A stretch of DNA of 64,000 nt, taken from the NCBI GenBank assembly GCA_018304385.1, contig JAGVWJ010000008.1, positions 6,643 to 70,642 on the forward strand, written 5' to 3'. Made by a program: the position numbers and the translations under genes. Source of the stretch: Candidatus Micrarchaeota archaeon (GTDB lineage: Archaea; Micrarchaeota; Micrarchaeia; Anstonellales; Bilamarchaeaceae). Under the pieces are notes generated by a model. That model was not told the DNA's origin, did no database searches, and saw only the letters and a list, made by a program, of their open reading frames with translations. Shown here piece by piece: positions 1 through 8,800 of the stretch. Position 1 is the first letter of the stretch; each line of letters begins with the position of its first letter.

Positions 1-1
1 G

Positions 2-148
2 CTAGTTAGCGCTGCATTAAAAGAAATGCTTGAAGCAGGCGTGCTGCGCGGTTATCCCGTGCTAAAAGAACAGGCAGGTAGTTTAGTTGCGCAATTCGAG
101 CATACTATATTAATAGAGGAGAATGGAGCTCGGGTTTTGAGTAAATAA
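2..148 (+). CDS. map: methionine aminopeptidase (type 2, archaeal), C-terminal fragment running off window start
   Basis: Frame-2 translation ...AQFEHTILIEENGARVLSK* matches the conserved MetAP C-terminus (QFEHT); stop TAA at 146-148. Confidence 0.55.
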   Translation, partial: LVSAALKEMLEAGVLRGYPVLKEQAGSLVAQFEHTILIEENGARVLSK

Positions 149-149
149 T

Positions 150-1454
150 TCATCTTTCATAAATCTTCGGATTTGAAAACCCATTTACTTCTGAGGCAGT
201 TTTTCCAGGAAAAACCTCAAATTTAATTTTTCTATCTTCAATCATTTGAACTAATACGACTCCTAGAACATCCCCTCTGCCAATAGCTTTTATGCCTTTT
301 GCATAATTGCGTCTGTCCCAATACTCCCCAGTACCCTGAATCATATAATCAATGTCAACTAATTCATATTTTATGATTCCGTCTGATTTATCTATGCTAA
401 TCGGATCAGGTTTATTATTAATAACTGCAAATTGTTTTGGTTCATTGTTAAAATTTCCCATGGAAACCACAACCAACGATGGATCTAATCCATCATAAGC
501 AAAGGCCAGATGCGTTTTATAATTGTCTATACCTCTGTTTAATCCTGCATAACCCCCGCTATTTTCTACAAACCAATTGCCAACAAGTTTGCCATCAATA
601 TCATAATCAATCTTTCCACCACGCGGTTCTTTTTCTCTTATATTTTTTGCTAATAGCTGACTTTTGATCGGCTCTACAAAATATGCGAACATATCCACAG
701 TATGAATTTTCCACGACTCTCCTTCATATAATTTTGGCGTTATAAATCCTTTCAAAACAACATTGTCATCATGCACACTAAAATCAAATGCATTTGCCCT
801 TCCTATAACTTCACCTGCTGTCACATTTATTCCTTTCCCGTTTTTGAACTCCATACCTCCGTAAAATTGTTTAATCCTAGGCGATAATTCTTTAACATGG
901 ATATAAATAGTGTAAAAAGTACATGTGTAATGAATAACGAGCCTATAGTCATCTTTTCTTCCGCCCATAGTTTCTATTTCTGTAATTATACCATTTGCAG
1001 GTGCAAGAACATCTTTAAACTCTATAGGGTTATCTTCATGTTTCCAATTTGATGGATAATAATATCCATGGTCAATCGGGGTAACATGATTTCCTATCAT
1101 AAGACCTATTGGCTCAATTAGCCCAATATCTTCTAGCCTTCTTGGAGGAGATGTAAAATTTACTGCGCCCTCCCAACTACAAGGCTTACCAAAAGAAAAT
1201 CTACCGCTATTTTTTATATGGTCAGTTTTAGATAAATTTTGTTCTGTTTGCTTTGGAGGTGGTTGAACTATTGGCACTATTGATTCGTTGTCCTTTTTTT
1301 CATACATAAATGGCTGGGAAATATTTGTTTCACTACCATTTTCAGGTAAATCCATAGAAGAAGATTTTGCTTCTGTCTTATTCTCAATTTTTGTTTGCTG
1401 TTGCGAGGTACAACCAATAATAAGAATAATAATGAGTATTAGGTAAATTCTCAT
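150..1454 (-). CDS. secreted lipoprotein, function unknown (possible HxxxxD metallopeptidase-like motif)
   Basis: 434 aa ORF; N-term MRIYLILIIILIIGC = signal peptide + lipobox Cys; no recognisable catalytic family. Confidence 0.5.
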   Translation of the reverse strand: MRIYLILIIILIIGCTSQQQTKIENKTEAKSSSMDLPENGSETNISQPFMYEKKDNESIVPIVQPPPKQTEQNLSKTDHIKNSGRFSFGKPCSWEGAVNFTSPPRRLEDIGLIEPIGLMIGNHVTPIDHGYYYPSNWKHEDNPIEFKDVLAPANGIITEIETMGGRKDDYRLVIHYTCTFYTIYIHVKELSPRIKQFYGGMEFKNGKGINVTAGEVIGRANAFDFSVHDDNVVLKGFITPKLYEGESWKIHTVDMFAYFVEPIKSQLLAKNIREKEPRGGKIDYDIDGKLVGNWFVENSGGYAGLNRGIDNYKTHLAFAYDGLDPSLVVVSMGNFNNEPKQFAVINNKPDPISIDKSDGIIKYELVDIDYMIQGTGEYWDRRNYAKGIKAIGRGDVLGVVLVQMIEDRKIKFEVFPGKTASEVNGFSNPKIYER

Positions 1455-1543
1455 GGTAGCTAATTCCTATTGCAGCTTAAAATAGTATCATTACCAATTT
1501 TCTGGTAATTACCTATTTATAAGTAGGTGTGCAATAATTAATT

Positions 1544-2173
1544 ATGAATTCTAATATTAAAATAGCAACCAACCAGCTTAAAAAAGGCAGCTTTGTCGTT
1601 CTTTACGATGGTGACAAGCGCGAAGGAGAAGCAGATTTAATATTTCATGCGAACTTTGCAACACCAACTAAAATAATGAAACTTAGAAAAGATGCTGGCG
1701 GACTTATTTGTTTAGCTACGAACCAACAAATTGCGAATATGATTGGACTACCATTTTTTACTGATTTATTAAATAAATTCAAGGAAATCCGGATTAACAG
1801 AACAGCTTATGGAGACAAACCAGCGTTCTCGCTTCCAATAAATCATAGAAATGTCTATACTGGCATAACAGATAATGATCGCTCACTAACAATTAAAAAA
1901 TTTGCAAAAGTAGTAAGTGAGAATGATGGAATAAAAAAAGATTTCAAAAAAAACTTTTATGCGCCAGGACACGTATTTTTATTAATTGGCCGTAGCTTGA
2001 ATGAACGCAGAGGCCATACAGAACTTTCACTTGAATTAGCAAAACTTGCAAAATTGCCAGCAGCAATGGTTTTATGCGAGATGCTTGGAAAAGGCAAAGC
2101 TCTTAGTAAGAAAAAAGCAATGGAATATGCAAAAAAACATAATTTTATCTTCTTAGAAGGGAAAGAAATATGA
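1544..2173 (+). CDS. ribB: 3,4-dihydroxy-2-butanone 4-phosphate synthase
   Basis: 209 aa; RibB hallmark REGEADL, GGLICLA, DRENEGDL-like block; first gene of rib cluster. Confidence 0.85.
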   Translation: MNSNIKIATNQLKKGSFVVLYDGDKREGEADLIFHANFATPTKIMKLRKDAGGLICLATNQQIANMIGLPFFTDLLNKFKEIRINRTAYGDKPAFSLPINHRNVYTGITDNDRSLTIKKFAKVVSENDGIKKDFKKNFYAPGHVFLLIGRSLNERRGHTELSLELAKLAKLPAAMVLCEMLGKGKALSKKKAMEYAKKHNFIFLEGKEI

Positions 2174-3054
2174 AAATTAAAAAAATTCGCTTAGCTTTAG
2201 TTGATACAATGTTTGCGCGAGTTGATATGGGATCAATAGCAATAGATGAAATAAATAAAAATTATAATAATGTAGAGATTATTCGCTCTACTGTTCCAGG
2301 TATAAAGGATTTAGCAGTTGAATGTAAAAAATTGCTCGCACAGTGTGATGTTGCACTTGCTTTAGGAATGGTTGGAAGTGCACCAATAGACGTGCAATGC
2401 GCACATGAAGCAAGCTTAGCAATCCAACAAGCAAAGCTTTTAACTAATAAACATATCATAGAAGTATTTGTTCATGAAAACGAGGCATGGAGCGAAAACG
2501 AGCTTTTAGATATTTTTGATCAACGCATTAGAAAGCATGCACATAACGCAGTATTATTAGTAAGCGATCCACAAGCGCTGATTGCGCAGGCTGGACAAGG
2601 TATAAGACAGGGAAAAGAAAACGAAGGCCTGCTTAATGATAAACGAATCATTGGGATTGGGTTTGTTGTTTCAGAATTTAATAATGAAATAACTGAAGAG
2701 ATGATTGAACAAGCGAAGAAAACAGTTGGAACTAATGCTGAAGTAATTGACATTATTAACGTACCTGGGGCATTTGATGCACCATTGGCAGTTAAAAAGC
2801 TCTTAATGAATAAAAAAATAGATTGTGTTGCTGTGCTTGGCACAGTAGTCAAAGGGGAAACAAAACATGATGAAGTAATTGTATTTAACATTGCAAATAA
2901 ATTAATCGAGCTTTCCTTAGAATTTAATAAACCAGTAACACTAGGAATAATTGGACCAGGTGTCACATGGAAACAAGCAACCGCTCGTGCAGCGAGCTAT
3001 GCAAAACATGCAACTGAAACAGCAATAAAAATGACATTAAGATTGAAACGATAG
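2170..3054 (+). CDS. ribC-ribH: fusion: archaeal-type riboflavin synthase (N-terminal ~160 aa) + 6,7-dimethyl-8-ribityllumazine synthase (C-terminal ~135 aa)
   Basis: N-term LVDTMFARVDMGSIA...CAHEASL...NKHIIEVFVHE matches archaeal RibC (MJ1184-like); C-term GFVVSEFN...VPGAFDAPLAVKKL...GETKHDE...GPG matches lumazine synthase; single uninterrupted 294 aa ORF overlapping ribB stop by 4 nt. Confidence 0.8.
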   Translation: MKIKKIRLALVDTMFARVDMGSIAIDEINKNYNNVEIIRSTVPGIKDLAVECKKLLAQCDVALALGMVGSAPIDVQCAHEASLAIQQAKLLTNKHIIEVFVHENEAWSENELLDIFDQRIRKHAHNAVLLVSDPQALIAQAGQGIRQGKENEGLLNDKRIIGIGFVVSEFNNEITEEMIEQAKKTVGTNAEVIDIINVPGAFDAPLAVKKLLMNKKIDCVAVLGTVVKGETKHDEVIVFNIANKLIELSLEFNKPVTLGIIGPGVTWKQATARAASYAKHATETAIKMTLRLKR

Positions 3055-3066
3055 TGAGTAGATTTT

Positions 3067-3633
3067 ATGACTGAATTAATTGCAGAATCTTTTTTACCAA
3101 CAAAATTTGGTGAGTTTAAAATACTGGCATTTAAATGTGCTGATGGAGAGCATATCGCACTTGTCAAAGGCGAGATTGGTGATAGGGTAAATGTTAGAGT
3201 ACATTCAAAATGCCTAACTGGAGATACGTTTTGCTCGATGCGCTGCGATTGTCATGAACAGTTAGAAGCATCATTAAAATATATAAGTGAAAATGGAGGC
3301 GTACTTATATATCTAGACCAAGAAGGCAGAGGCATTGGATTGGCAAATAAGATAAAGGCTTATGCTTTGCAAGATACTGGTTATGATACTGTTGAAGCAA
3401 ACAAAAAACTTGGCTTTGAAAATGATCACCGCGATTTTAAGATTGCTGCAGAGATTTTGCATTATTTAGAAATCAAAAAAATAAGATTGCTTACGAATAA
3501 TCCAGAAAAAATGAAAGGTCTAGAAGATAATGGCATTACTGTGGAACGAATCCCTTTGATAATAAAACCAAATAAACACAACAAAAAGTATTTGGAAACC
3601 AAAGCCAAAAAAATGAATCATATGATTGAATAG
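3067..3633 (+). CDS. ribA: GTP cyclohydrolase II
   Basis: 188 aa; Zn motif CLTGDTFCSMRCDC, EGRGIGLxNKI, YxT block typical of RibA C-domain. Confidence 0.85.
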   Translation: MTELIAESFLPTKFGEFKILAFKCADGEHIALVKGEIGDRVNVRVHSKCLTGDTFCSMRCDCHEQLEASLKYISENGGVLIYLDQEGRGIGLANKIKAYALQDTGYDTVEANKKLGFENDHRDFKIAAEILHYLEIKKIRLLTNNPEKMKGLEDNGITVERIPLIIKPNKHNKKYLETKAKKMNHMIE

Positions 3634-3731
3634 CTATGGGCAGTGAGCATTATGGAACGATCGGCGGATCGAGAAATGCAGAGCATTTCGAGAGATTTGT
3701 CCGAAGGGCAAACAGATCGATGGGCCGAGTC

Positions 3732-4820
3732 ATGCGTGAGCATATGGAAAATCAGGATCAAAAATTTATCGCGCAAGCATTAAAGCTTGCTAAAAAAACA
3801 AACCCGTCACCTAATCCACGTGTTGGCGCAATTATTGTTAAGGATGGAAAAATTATAGGCAAGGGTTATCACAAAGCAGCCGGAGAGAGACACGCAGAAA
3901 TAATCGCAATTCAAGAAACTGGGCTTAAGGCACAGGATCTTTCCAATGCTACGCTTTATGTTACTCTTGAACCCTGTTCACATTATGGAAAAACACCACC
4001 ATGTACAGATGCAATAATTGATTCTGGAATAAAAAAAATAGTAATTGGTTGTGAAGATCAAAATCCAAAGGTAGAAGGAATAGAGAAACTAAAACAAGCA
4101 GGACGGGATGTTACGCTGCTTAAAGATCAAGAATGCTACGAAATAAATGAGGCATTTTTCCATTGGATAAAAACTGGAAAGCCATTTGTCATGCTTAAAT
4201 TAGCAATGACTTTGGATGGAAGGATTGCAACAAAAACAGGTGATTCTAAATATATAAGCAATTCGCAATCGCGCGCATTGAGTTATGCATGGCGCGATAA
4301 TTTTGACGCAATAATGGTTGGTTTGAAAACAATCCTTATAGATAACCCGCGCTTGACATCCCGTACACCTGGCGTACAAAACCCAGCACGGCTTATAGTT
4401 GATAGCAGACTACGTATTCCATTAACTTCGCAAGTTCTTGAATCGAACGCGCGGCGCATAATTGCAACAACTGATAGATATGACAAAGAGAAAAAGAAAC
4501 AACTGGAAACGTTAGGTGTTGAAATACTTGTTCTGAAAGAAGAAAAAACATATTATGTTGACTTAAAACAGCTTTTTGAAGGACTTGGAAAACAAAATAT
4601 TATTTCAATTATGGTGGAGGGAGGTGCAGAACTTGCTACTGCCTTATTGGAGAAAAAAATAATAAACAAAGCTGCATTCTTCATTGCTGCGAAAATTCTT
4701 GGCTCTGGAAAAAATGCATTTGATGGCTCAGGAGTAGAAAAAATGGATGACGCTCTGCAACTGAAAAATGTTTCTATTCGCAAATTAGGTGAGGATGTTC
4801 TAGTAGTAGGGTATTTCTAA
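3732..4820 (+). CDS. ribD: bifunctional diaminohydroxyphosphoribosylaminopyrimidine deaminase / 5-amino-6-(5-phosphoribosylamino)uracil reductase
   Basis: CMP/dCMP deaminase zinc motif HAEIIAI...PCSHYGKTPPC plus C-terminal RibD reductase domain; ORF track start 3636 lies in a heptamer repeat, MREHM at about 3732 is the more likely start. Confidence 0.8.
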   Translation: MREHMENQDQKFIAQALKLAKKTNPSPNPRVGAIIVKDGKIIGKGYHKAAGERHAEIIAIQETGLKAQDLSNATLYVTLEPCSHYGKTPPCTDAIIDSGIKKIVIGCEDQNPKVEGIEKLKQAGRDVTLLKDQECYEINEAFFHWIKTGKPFVMLKLAMTLDGRIATKTGDSKYISNSQSRALSYAWRDNFDAIMVGLKTILIDNPRLTSRTPGVQNPARLIVDSRLRIPLTSQVLESNARRIIATTDRYDKEKKKQLETLGVEILVLKEEKTYYVDLKQLFEGLGKQNIISIMVEGGAELATALLEKKIINKAAFFIAAKILGSGKNAFDGSGVEKMDDALQLKNVSIRKLGEDVLVVGYF

Positions 4821-4825
4821 TTCTC

Positions 4826-5575
4826 TTATCCAAGATTTATACCAGCCCAAGCACCAACTGCATAACCAATAAATGCAGCAACCATTCCAATAATCATCAT
4901 CTCTAATCCAGTTTTCCACCACTTACCCAATGTTGTTTTACCCTTATATGCGCCAGTTGCAAACAGTGCGAGTGCAGAAATAACTAATGCAGGAATAACT
5001 GCTGCTTCAACATCTAATAAAAAGAATGGTAAAAGGGGGATAAATGATCCAACAAAAGCAGAGACACCTACAACAAATCCTTCACTAACGGGGTCAATAT
5101 CTTTGCTTTCGGCTAAGCCTAGCTCTTCAGTCATCATTGTTTCGAGCCACATCTCTTCATTGCTGCAGATTTTATTTACAATTGCATCAAGCTGCTTTCC
5201 TCTAAATCCTTTTTTCATATAAATTAACCGTATTTCTTCACGTTCAACTTCTGGCAATTCCTTTATCTCTTGCTTCTCGCGCGCAAGCTCACGATAATAA
5301 TAATCACGCTGTGCTTTGCCACTTGTATAAGCAACAGCAGCCATGCTAATGCTTTCTGCAAATGTTGCAGCTAACCCGCCAATAATTACTGCACTAGGAC
5401 CGATTTCCTTATTTACAGTTACTGCTGCAGCTAAACCAAGTACTATCCCTAATACATTAACTAGCCCATCCTGTCCGCCAAGAATTATCTGCCTTAGCAC
5501 TGATCCTTTATCACTTTTCGCATGCAATTCTGGATGTAGAATATTATTGCGCGCATCTCGGATAGTTTTTGCCAT
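4826..5575 (-). CDS. VIT1/CCC1-family (DUF125) Fe/Mn transporter-like membrane protein
   Basis: 249 aa; N-terminal cytosolic helical domain then TM helices, GGQDGLVNVLGIVLG motif typical of VIT family. Confidence 0.7.
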   Translation of the reverse strand: MAKTIRDARNNILHPELHAKSDKGSVLRQIILGGQDGLVNVLGIVLGLAAAVTVNKEIGPSAVIIGGLAATFAESISMAAVAYTSGKAQRDYYYRELAREKQEIKELPEVEREEIRLIYMKKGFRGKQLDAIVNKICSNEEMWLETMMTEELGLAESKDIDPVSEGFVVGVSAFVGSFIPLLPFFLLDVEAAVIPALVISALALFATGAYKGKTTLGKWWKTGLEMMIIGMVAAFIGYAVGAWAGINLG

Positions 5576-5609
5576 ACTAACTACTCGAAAAATAGAAATA
5601 AAAAGATGA

Positions 5610-6638
5610 CTATCTCATCTTAAACTTCAACAGTGCAGCAATCTTTCCTAATCCTTTTAATCTCGCGCCACCATCACTCTCACTTGAAAAAATAATTATT
5701 TCAGCTTTATTTTTTCCAGCAAGCTCGACAACTTCTTCTGCTTCCTTAGACGTGCGCAATAATTCATCCAAAACAAGCAACTTACCAACTGCATATGCCT
5801 CTGCTGCTGCTTTAACCTGTGCTAAACCATATTCAGCCAAACCAGAATCTTTGTTTATCTCAATCATTACTTGTTCAACTAGTTGTAATTCTTTTGCTAA
5901 ACGCTCATCACCCATTACCCGTTCAATTACTCCATTCTTAAAAAGTTCATTAACACCGCTTCGCTCAGCATAACTGCAGCTTTCAAAACTAATCTTATTA
6001 AGTAATTTTGAATTTTTATCTTCTATGAATTTTTTCAGATTATCTTTAGTAAAACCTGGGCCAGCAACTACATAACGTTCTTCATGCTTTTCTATCTCAG
6101 CAGCAACCTTTCCAAAATATTCGCGCGCACGCTCTTCATATTTTTCATCGCGTTTGCTGCCAGCAAAATGAAATTCTGGACCATATTCAACCCCATAGCC
6201 ACGAACAATAGCAGTTAGAGCCTTTTCATCATCCAAAACAATTATGCGCAATTTTGGTTTTTTTGTTTCTTTCTCAGCTTGCCTTAATCTATTAATCTGA
6301 TAAATCTTCCATTTCTTTTGAATATCTAATTTACTGCGTGGCTCTGCTTCTATTGTATGATACTTTCCCATCTGTACAAATTCTTCTGGAGAGCCACGAA
6401 TGATCTTGCCAAGCATTCTTAAGCGATTAAGCGATTTGGAAAATTCTATTTGCTCAACTGATATTGCAATATGCACTGGTTTTTTCTCTTCGCGATCCCC
6501 AATCTTTACAGTTCTAAAAGTACCGCTTTCTATTATGTCACCCGGTTCAAGCACGCGCTCCAAGTGCCATAAATCCTCCAAGTTTTCTAGTAAGAGCCTT
6601 AGCTCACCTGTTTTTTGATCAAGCTTTAATATGCGCAT
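5610..6638 (-). CDS. pelA: Pelota / Dom34 mRNA surveillance protein
   Basis: 342 aa; archaeal Pelota N-terminus MRILKLDxKxGELRL..LEDLWHL, eRF1-like central and C domains. Confidence 0.85.
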   Translation of the reverse strand: MRILKLDQKTGELRLLLENLEDLWHLERVLEPGDIIESGTFRTVKIGDREEKKPVHIAISVEQIEFSKSLNRLRMLGKIIRGSPEEFVQMGKYHTIEAEPRSKLDIQKKWKIYQINRLRQAEKETKKPKLRIIVLDDEKALTAIVRGYGVEYGPEFHFAGSKRDEKYEERAREYFGKVAAEIEKHEERYVVAGPGFTKDNLKKFIEDKNSKLLNKISFESCSYAERSGVNELFKNGVIERVMGDERLAKELQLVEQVMIEINKDSGLAEYGLAQVKAAAEAYAVGKLLVLDELLRTSKEAEEVVELAGKNKAEIIIFSSESDGGARLKGLGKIAALLKFKMR

Positions 6639-6723
6639 ATTATCAACTGCTATTGGCTTTTAGCCGTTAGCTCGTAGCTACTTGCCAATAGCCAACGCGA
6701 TTGTTGCGCAACGCAACAATGCG

Positions 6724-6749
6724 CCCATTGTTGCCAAGCAACAATTGGG
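6724..6749. promoter_or_regulatory. near-palindrome CCCATTGTTGC-N-GCAACAATTGGG, third of three tandem hairpins between lipoprotein gene and pelota
   Basis: inverted repeat read directly; preceded by hairpins CTATTGGC...GCCAATAG (6650-6691) and GCGATTGTTGCG-CAA-CGCAACAATGCGC (6696-6723). Confidence 0.4.
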
Positions 6750-6752
6750 AAG

Positions 6753-7301
6753 CTAATTGCTTATTGTTTCTTTAATTAAATTCTCTAAACTATCATTAAT
6801 TTCAAATCTTCCTATTAATGTTTCATTCTTAAAATACACTATTGGTACAACCCTATTACTTAAATTATATTCAATAGCAAACTTATTATACTCTCCAAGA
6901 TCCCCAGAGTTTGTTACACTATACTTTCTGAAGACTACTGAATTGTTATACTTTCCCTCCAAACGTTCTATCTCTGGCCAAATTGCCTGTGATGCATTGC
7001 AATAAGGGCTATAGAAGAAGTATACTCTTGGCATTGAGCCTTGGGCAGTGGGCAGTGGGCCAGACGAGTTCCCAGTATCAAGCATCCTGTTTCCAGTTCC
7101 CGGTTGCCAGTTTTCAGTCTCGATTTTTGCAATACTGTTTGACTCATCAGACAAATTATTTTCTGAGGGAGCAAGATCGTTTTGTGGCTGATTGCTGATG
7201 ACTGAAGGCTCAGGGCTTTTCACCTTATTTTTTTCTATTTGTTGTTGATTTATACAGCCAAAAAGCAGTATCATTATGACAAAGATTAGTAATATCCGCA
7301 T
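6753..7301 (-). CDS. thioredoxin-fold lipoprotein (CxxS type)
   Basis: MRILLIFVIMILLFGC signal/lipobox; C-terminal YFFYSPYCNAS...VPIVYF thioredoxin-like fold with single Cys; ORF track extends to 7358. Confidence 0.5.
   Translation of the reverse strand: MRILLIFVIMILLFGCINQQQIEKNKVKSPEPSVISNQPQNDLAPSENNLSDESNSIAKIETENWQPGTGNRMLDTGNSSGPLPTAQGSMPRVYFFYSPYCNASQAIWPEIERLEGKYNNSVVFRKYSVTNSGDLGEYNKFAIEYNLSNRVVPIVYFKNETLIGRFEINDSLENLIKETISN
7031..7062. repeat. heptamer tandem repeat copy (CATTGAGC CTTGGGC AGTGGGC AGTGGGC), inside lipoprotein CDS
   Basis: direct reading; same family as 3634, 17364, 18181, 22889, 33735, 34689, 61317. Confidence 0.5.
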
Positions 7302-7603
7302 AAATACATTTTGGGACAAAGGTTTATAAATAAGGTATGTAGTAATATTAATATGCACAAACTACAACTTGTTTGTATGCGTGCTGAGGCCAGCAATCGA
7401 CCAGTTAGAAGAATACCAGTGCCAGAGCTCCCGTTTGGACCAAATTGGGTGCCACCAGATTTCTGGAGAGATAAAGTACCTGGTAAAAGAAGTGGAGTAC
7501 CTGAACAACCGGCAATACCATTGGAACTTCCATTAGAAGAACCTCCAATGCATAGAAGGGCTCCGCAACCTGAAGAAACTCCGCAAAGAGGAGTAGTAAT
7601 ACT

Positions 7604-8197
7604 TCAGATGTAAATCTGCCGCAAAAAATACTCGTGAAAAACAGTGGTCGTTAGTTCAGGGTGAAAAGTGGCGGCCAGATAATAATTCCCATTAACTTTT
7701 TGTTCACAAATAATTATCTCATTATCATTTTTTGCTAGTATTTTGACGCTATTTCCTATTTTTTTTATTTTAGGTGCGCGTATAAATATAGCATGAATCC
7801 TACCTAATTTTGTATCTAAGTCTTGCTCAAATGACTCTGCCTGTCTACCATATGCATTTCTATCTACTTCTATATCCATTAATCCAAGCGTTCTTTGGCC
7901 TACCTCTTTATTATTAATAGTCTTTGCAAGCGTAATTGTACCAGCGCATGTTCCAAAGATATTTTTTATTTTTTTCATGTCTTCAAAGATATTTGCGCGC
8001 TCGCAAAGCTTTTGCAAAACAGTGCTCTCTCCACCTGGAATAATTAATGCATCCAAATCTGAAAGCTGTTCTTTTGTTCGAACTTCTATTATCCCGCATG
8101 TTAGATTTGAATTTTTTGCTGCTTGCCTAGTTGCATTAATATGCTCCAAGACATCCCCTTGAAAAGCTAGAACCCCGATTTTTTTAGAATTAGTCAT
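7604..8197 (-). CDS. pdxT: glutamine amidotransferase PdxT-like (pyridoxal phosphate synthase glutaminase subunit)
   Basis: 197 aa class I GATase; IGVLAFQG, IIPGGEST, FGTCAG (catalytic Cys) motifs; no pdxS adjacent. Confidence 0.7.
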   Translation of the reverse strand: MTNSKKIGVLAFQGDVLEHINATRQAAKNSNLTCGIIEVRTKEQLSDLDALIIPGGESTVLQKLCERANIFEDMKKIKNIFGTCAGTITLAKTINNKEVGQRTLGLMDIEVDRNAYGRQAESFEQDLDTKLGRIHAIFIRAPKIKKIGNSVKILAKNDNEIIICEQKVNGNYYLAATFHPELTTTVFHEYFLRQIYI

Positions 8198-8252
8198 AGT
8201 ATTAATATATTCTGGGATAGGTTTAAATTAATTAATAGTCACCATCCTACTT

Positions 8253-8762
8253 ATGTTAGACTTTCCTACCCAGATTTATATATCTCTAAAGACGATATTT
8301 AGAAATAAAAAATATATCTACTTATTTATCTTTCTAATTATAGCTGCTTTTGTAGCATATATACTGATACCAGTTTACACTATCCCAGGAAACGATTTGT
8401 CATTCTGGTTAAGTATAATGCCCTGGTGGGGATATCCAATAATATTTACTTTTGCTGTGGCGTTAGGCCTTCTTCTAACAATGAAGGTTTATGAATTTCG
8501 GCATAGCCATTCAGTGTTATCTAAGGCAGAAGATGCTGGCGGTGTTATAGCAGTAATAATAGCAGGATTATATACGACTGCAGCATGCGGTGCCTGTATA
8601 TCCTCATTATTTGCAATAGTTGGTGCAAGCGGTGCTCTATTTCTTAATCAAAATAGAGATATTTTCATTGTACTCTCTGTAATTATAACGATTATTGCTA
8701 TTTATTTTACTGCAAAGAAGATAAATTCAAAATGTAATGTTTGCACCACGCAAAACCGTTAA
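8253..8762 (+). CDS. small polytopic membrane protein, unknown
   Basis: 169 aa, about 4 predicted TM helices, Cys cluster CGACISS and C-terminal CNVC. Confidence 0.4.
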   Translation: MLDFPTQIYISLKTIFRNKKYIYLFIFLIIAAFVAYILIPVYTIPGNDLSFWLSIMPWWGYPIIFTFAVALGLLLTMKVYEFRHSHSVLSKAEDAGGVIAVIIAGLYTTAACGACISSLFAIVGASGALFLNQNRDIFIVLSVIITIIAIYFTAKKINSKCNVCTTQNR

Positions 8763-8800
8763 AAGTAATATTTAAAAACTGTTGCACTTGAAATAATTGT

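Noticed and set aside
2262-2966. Antisense ORFs 2262-2459 and 2520-2966 inside ribC-ribH
   Set aside because: Shadow ORFs on the opposite strand of a well-supported gene, with low-complexity Ser/Thr/Ala-rich translations.
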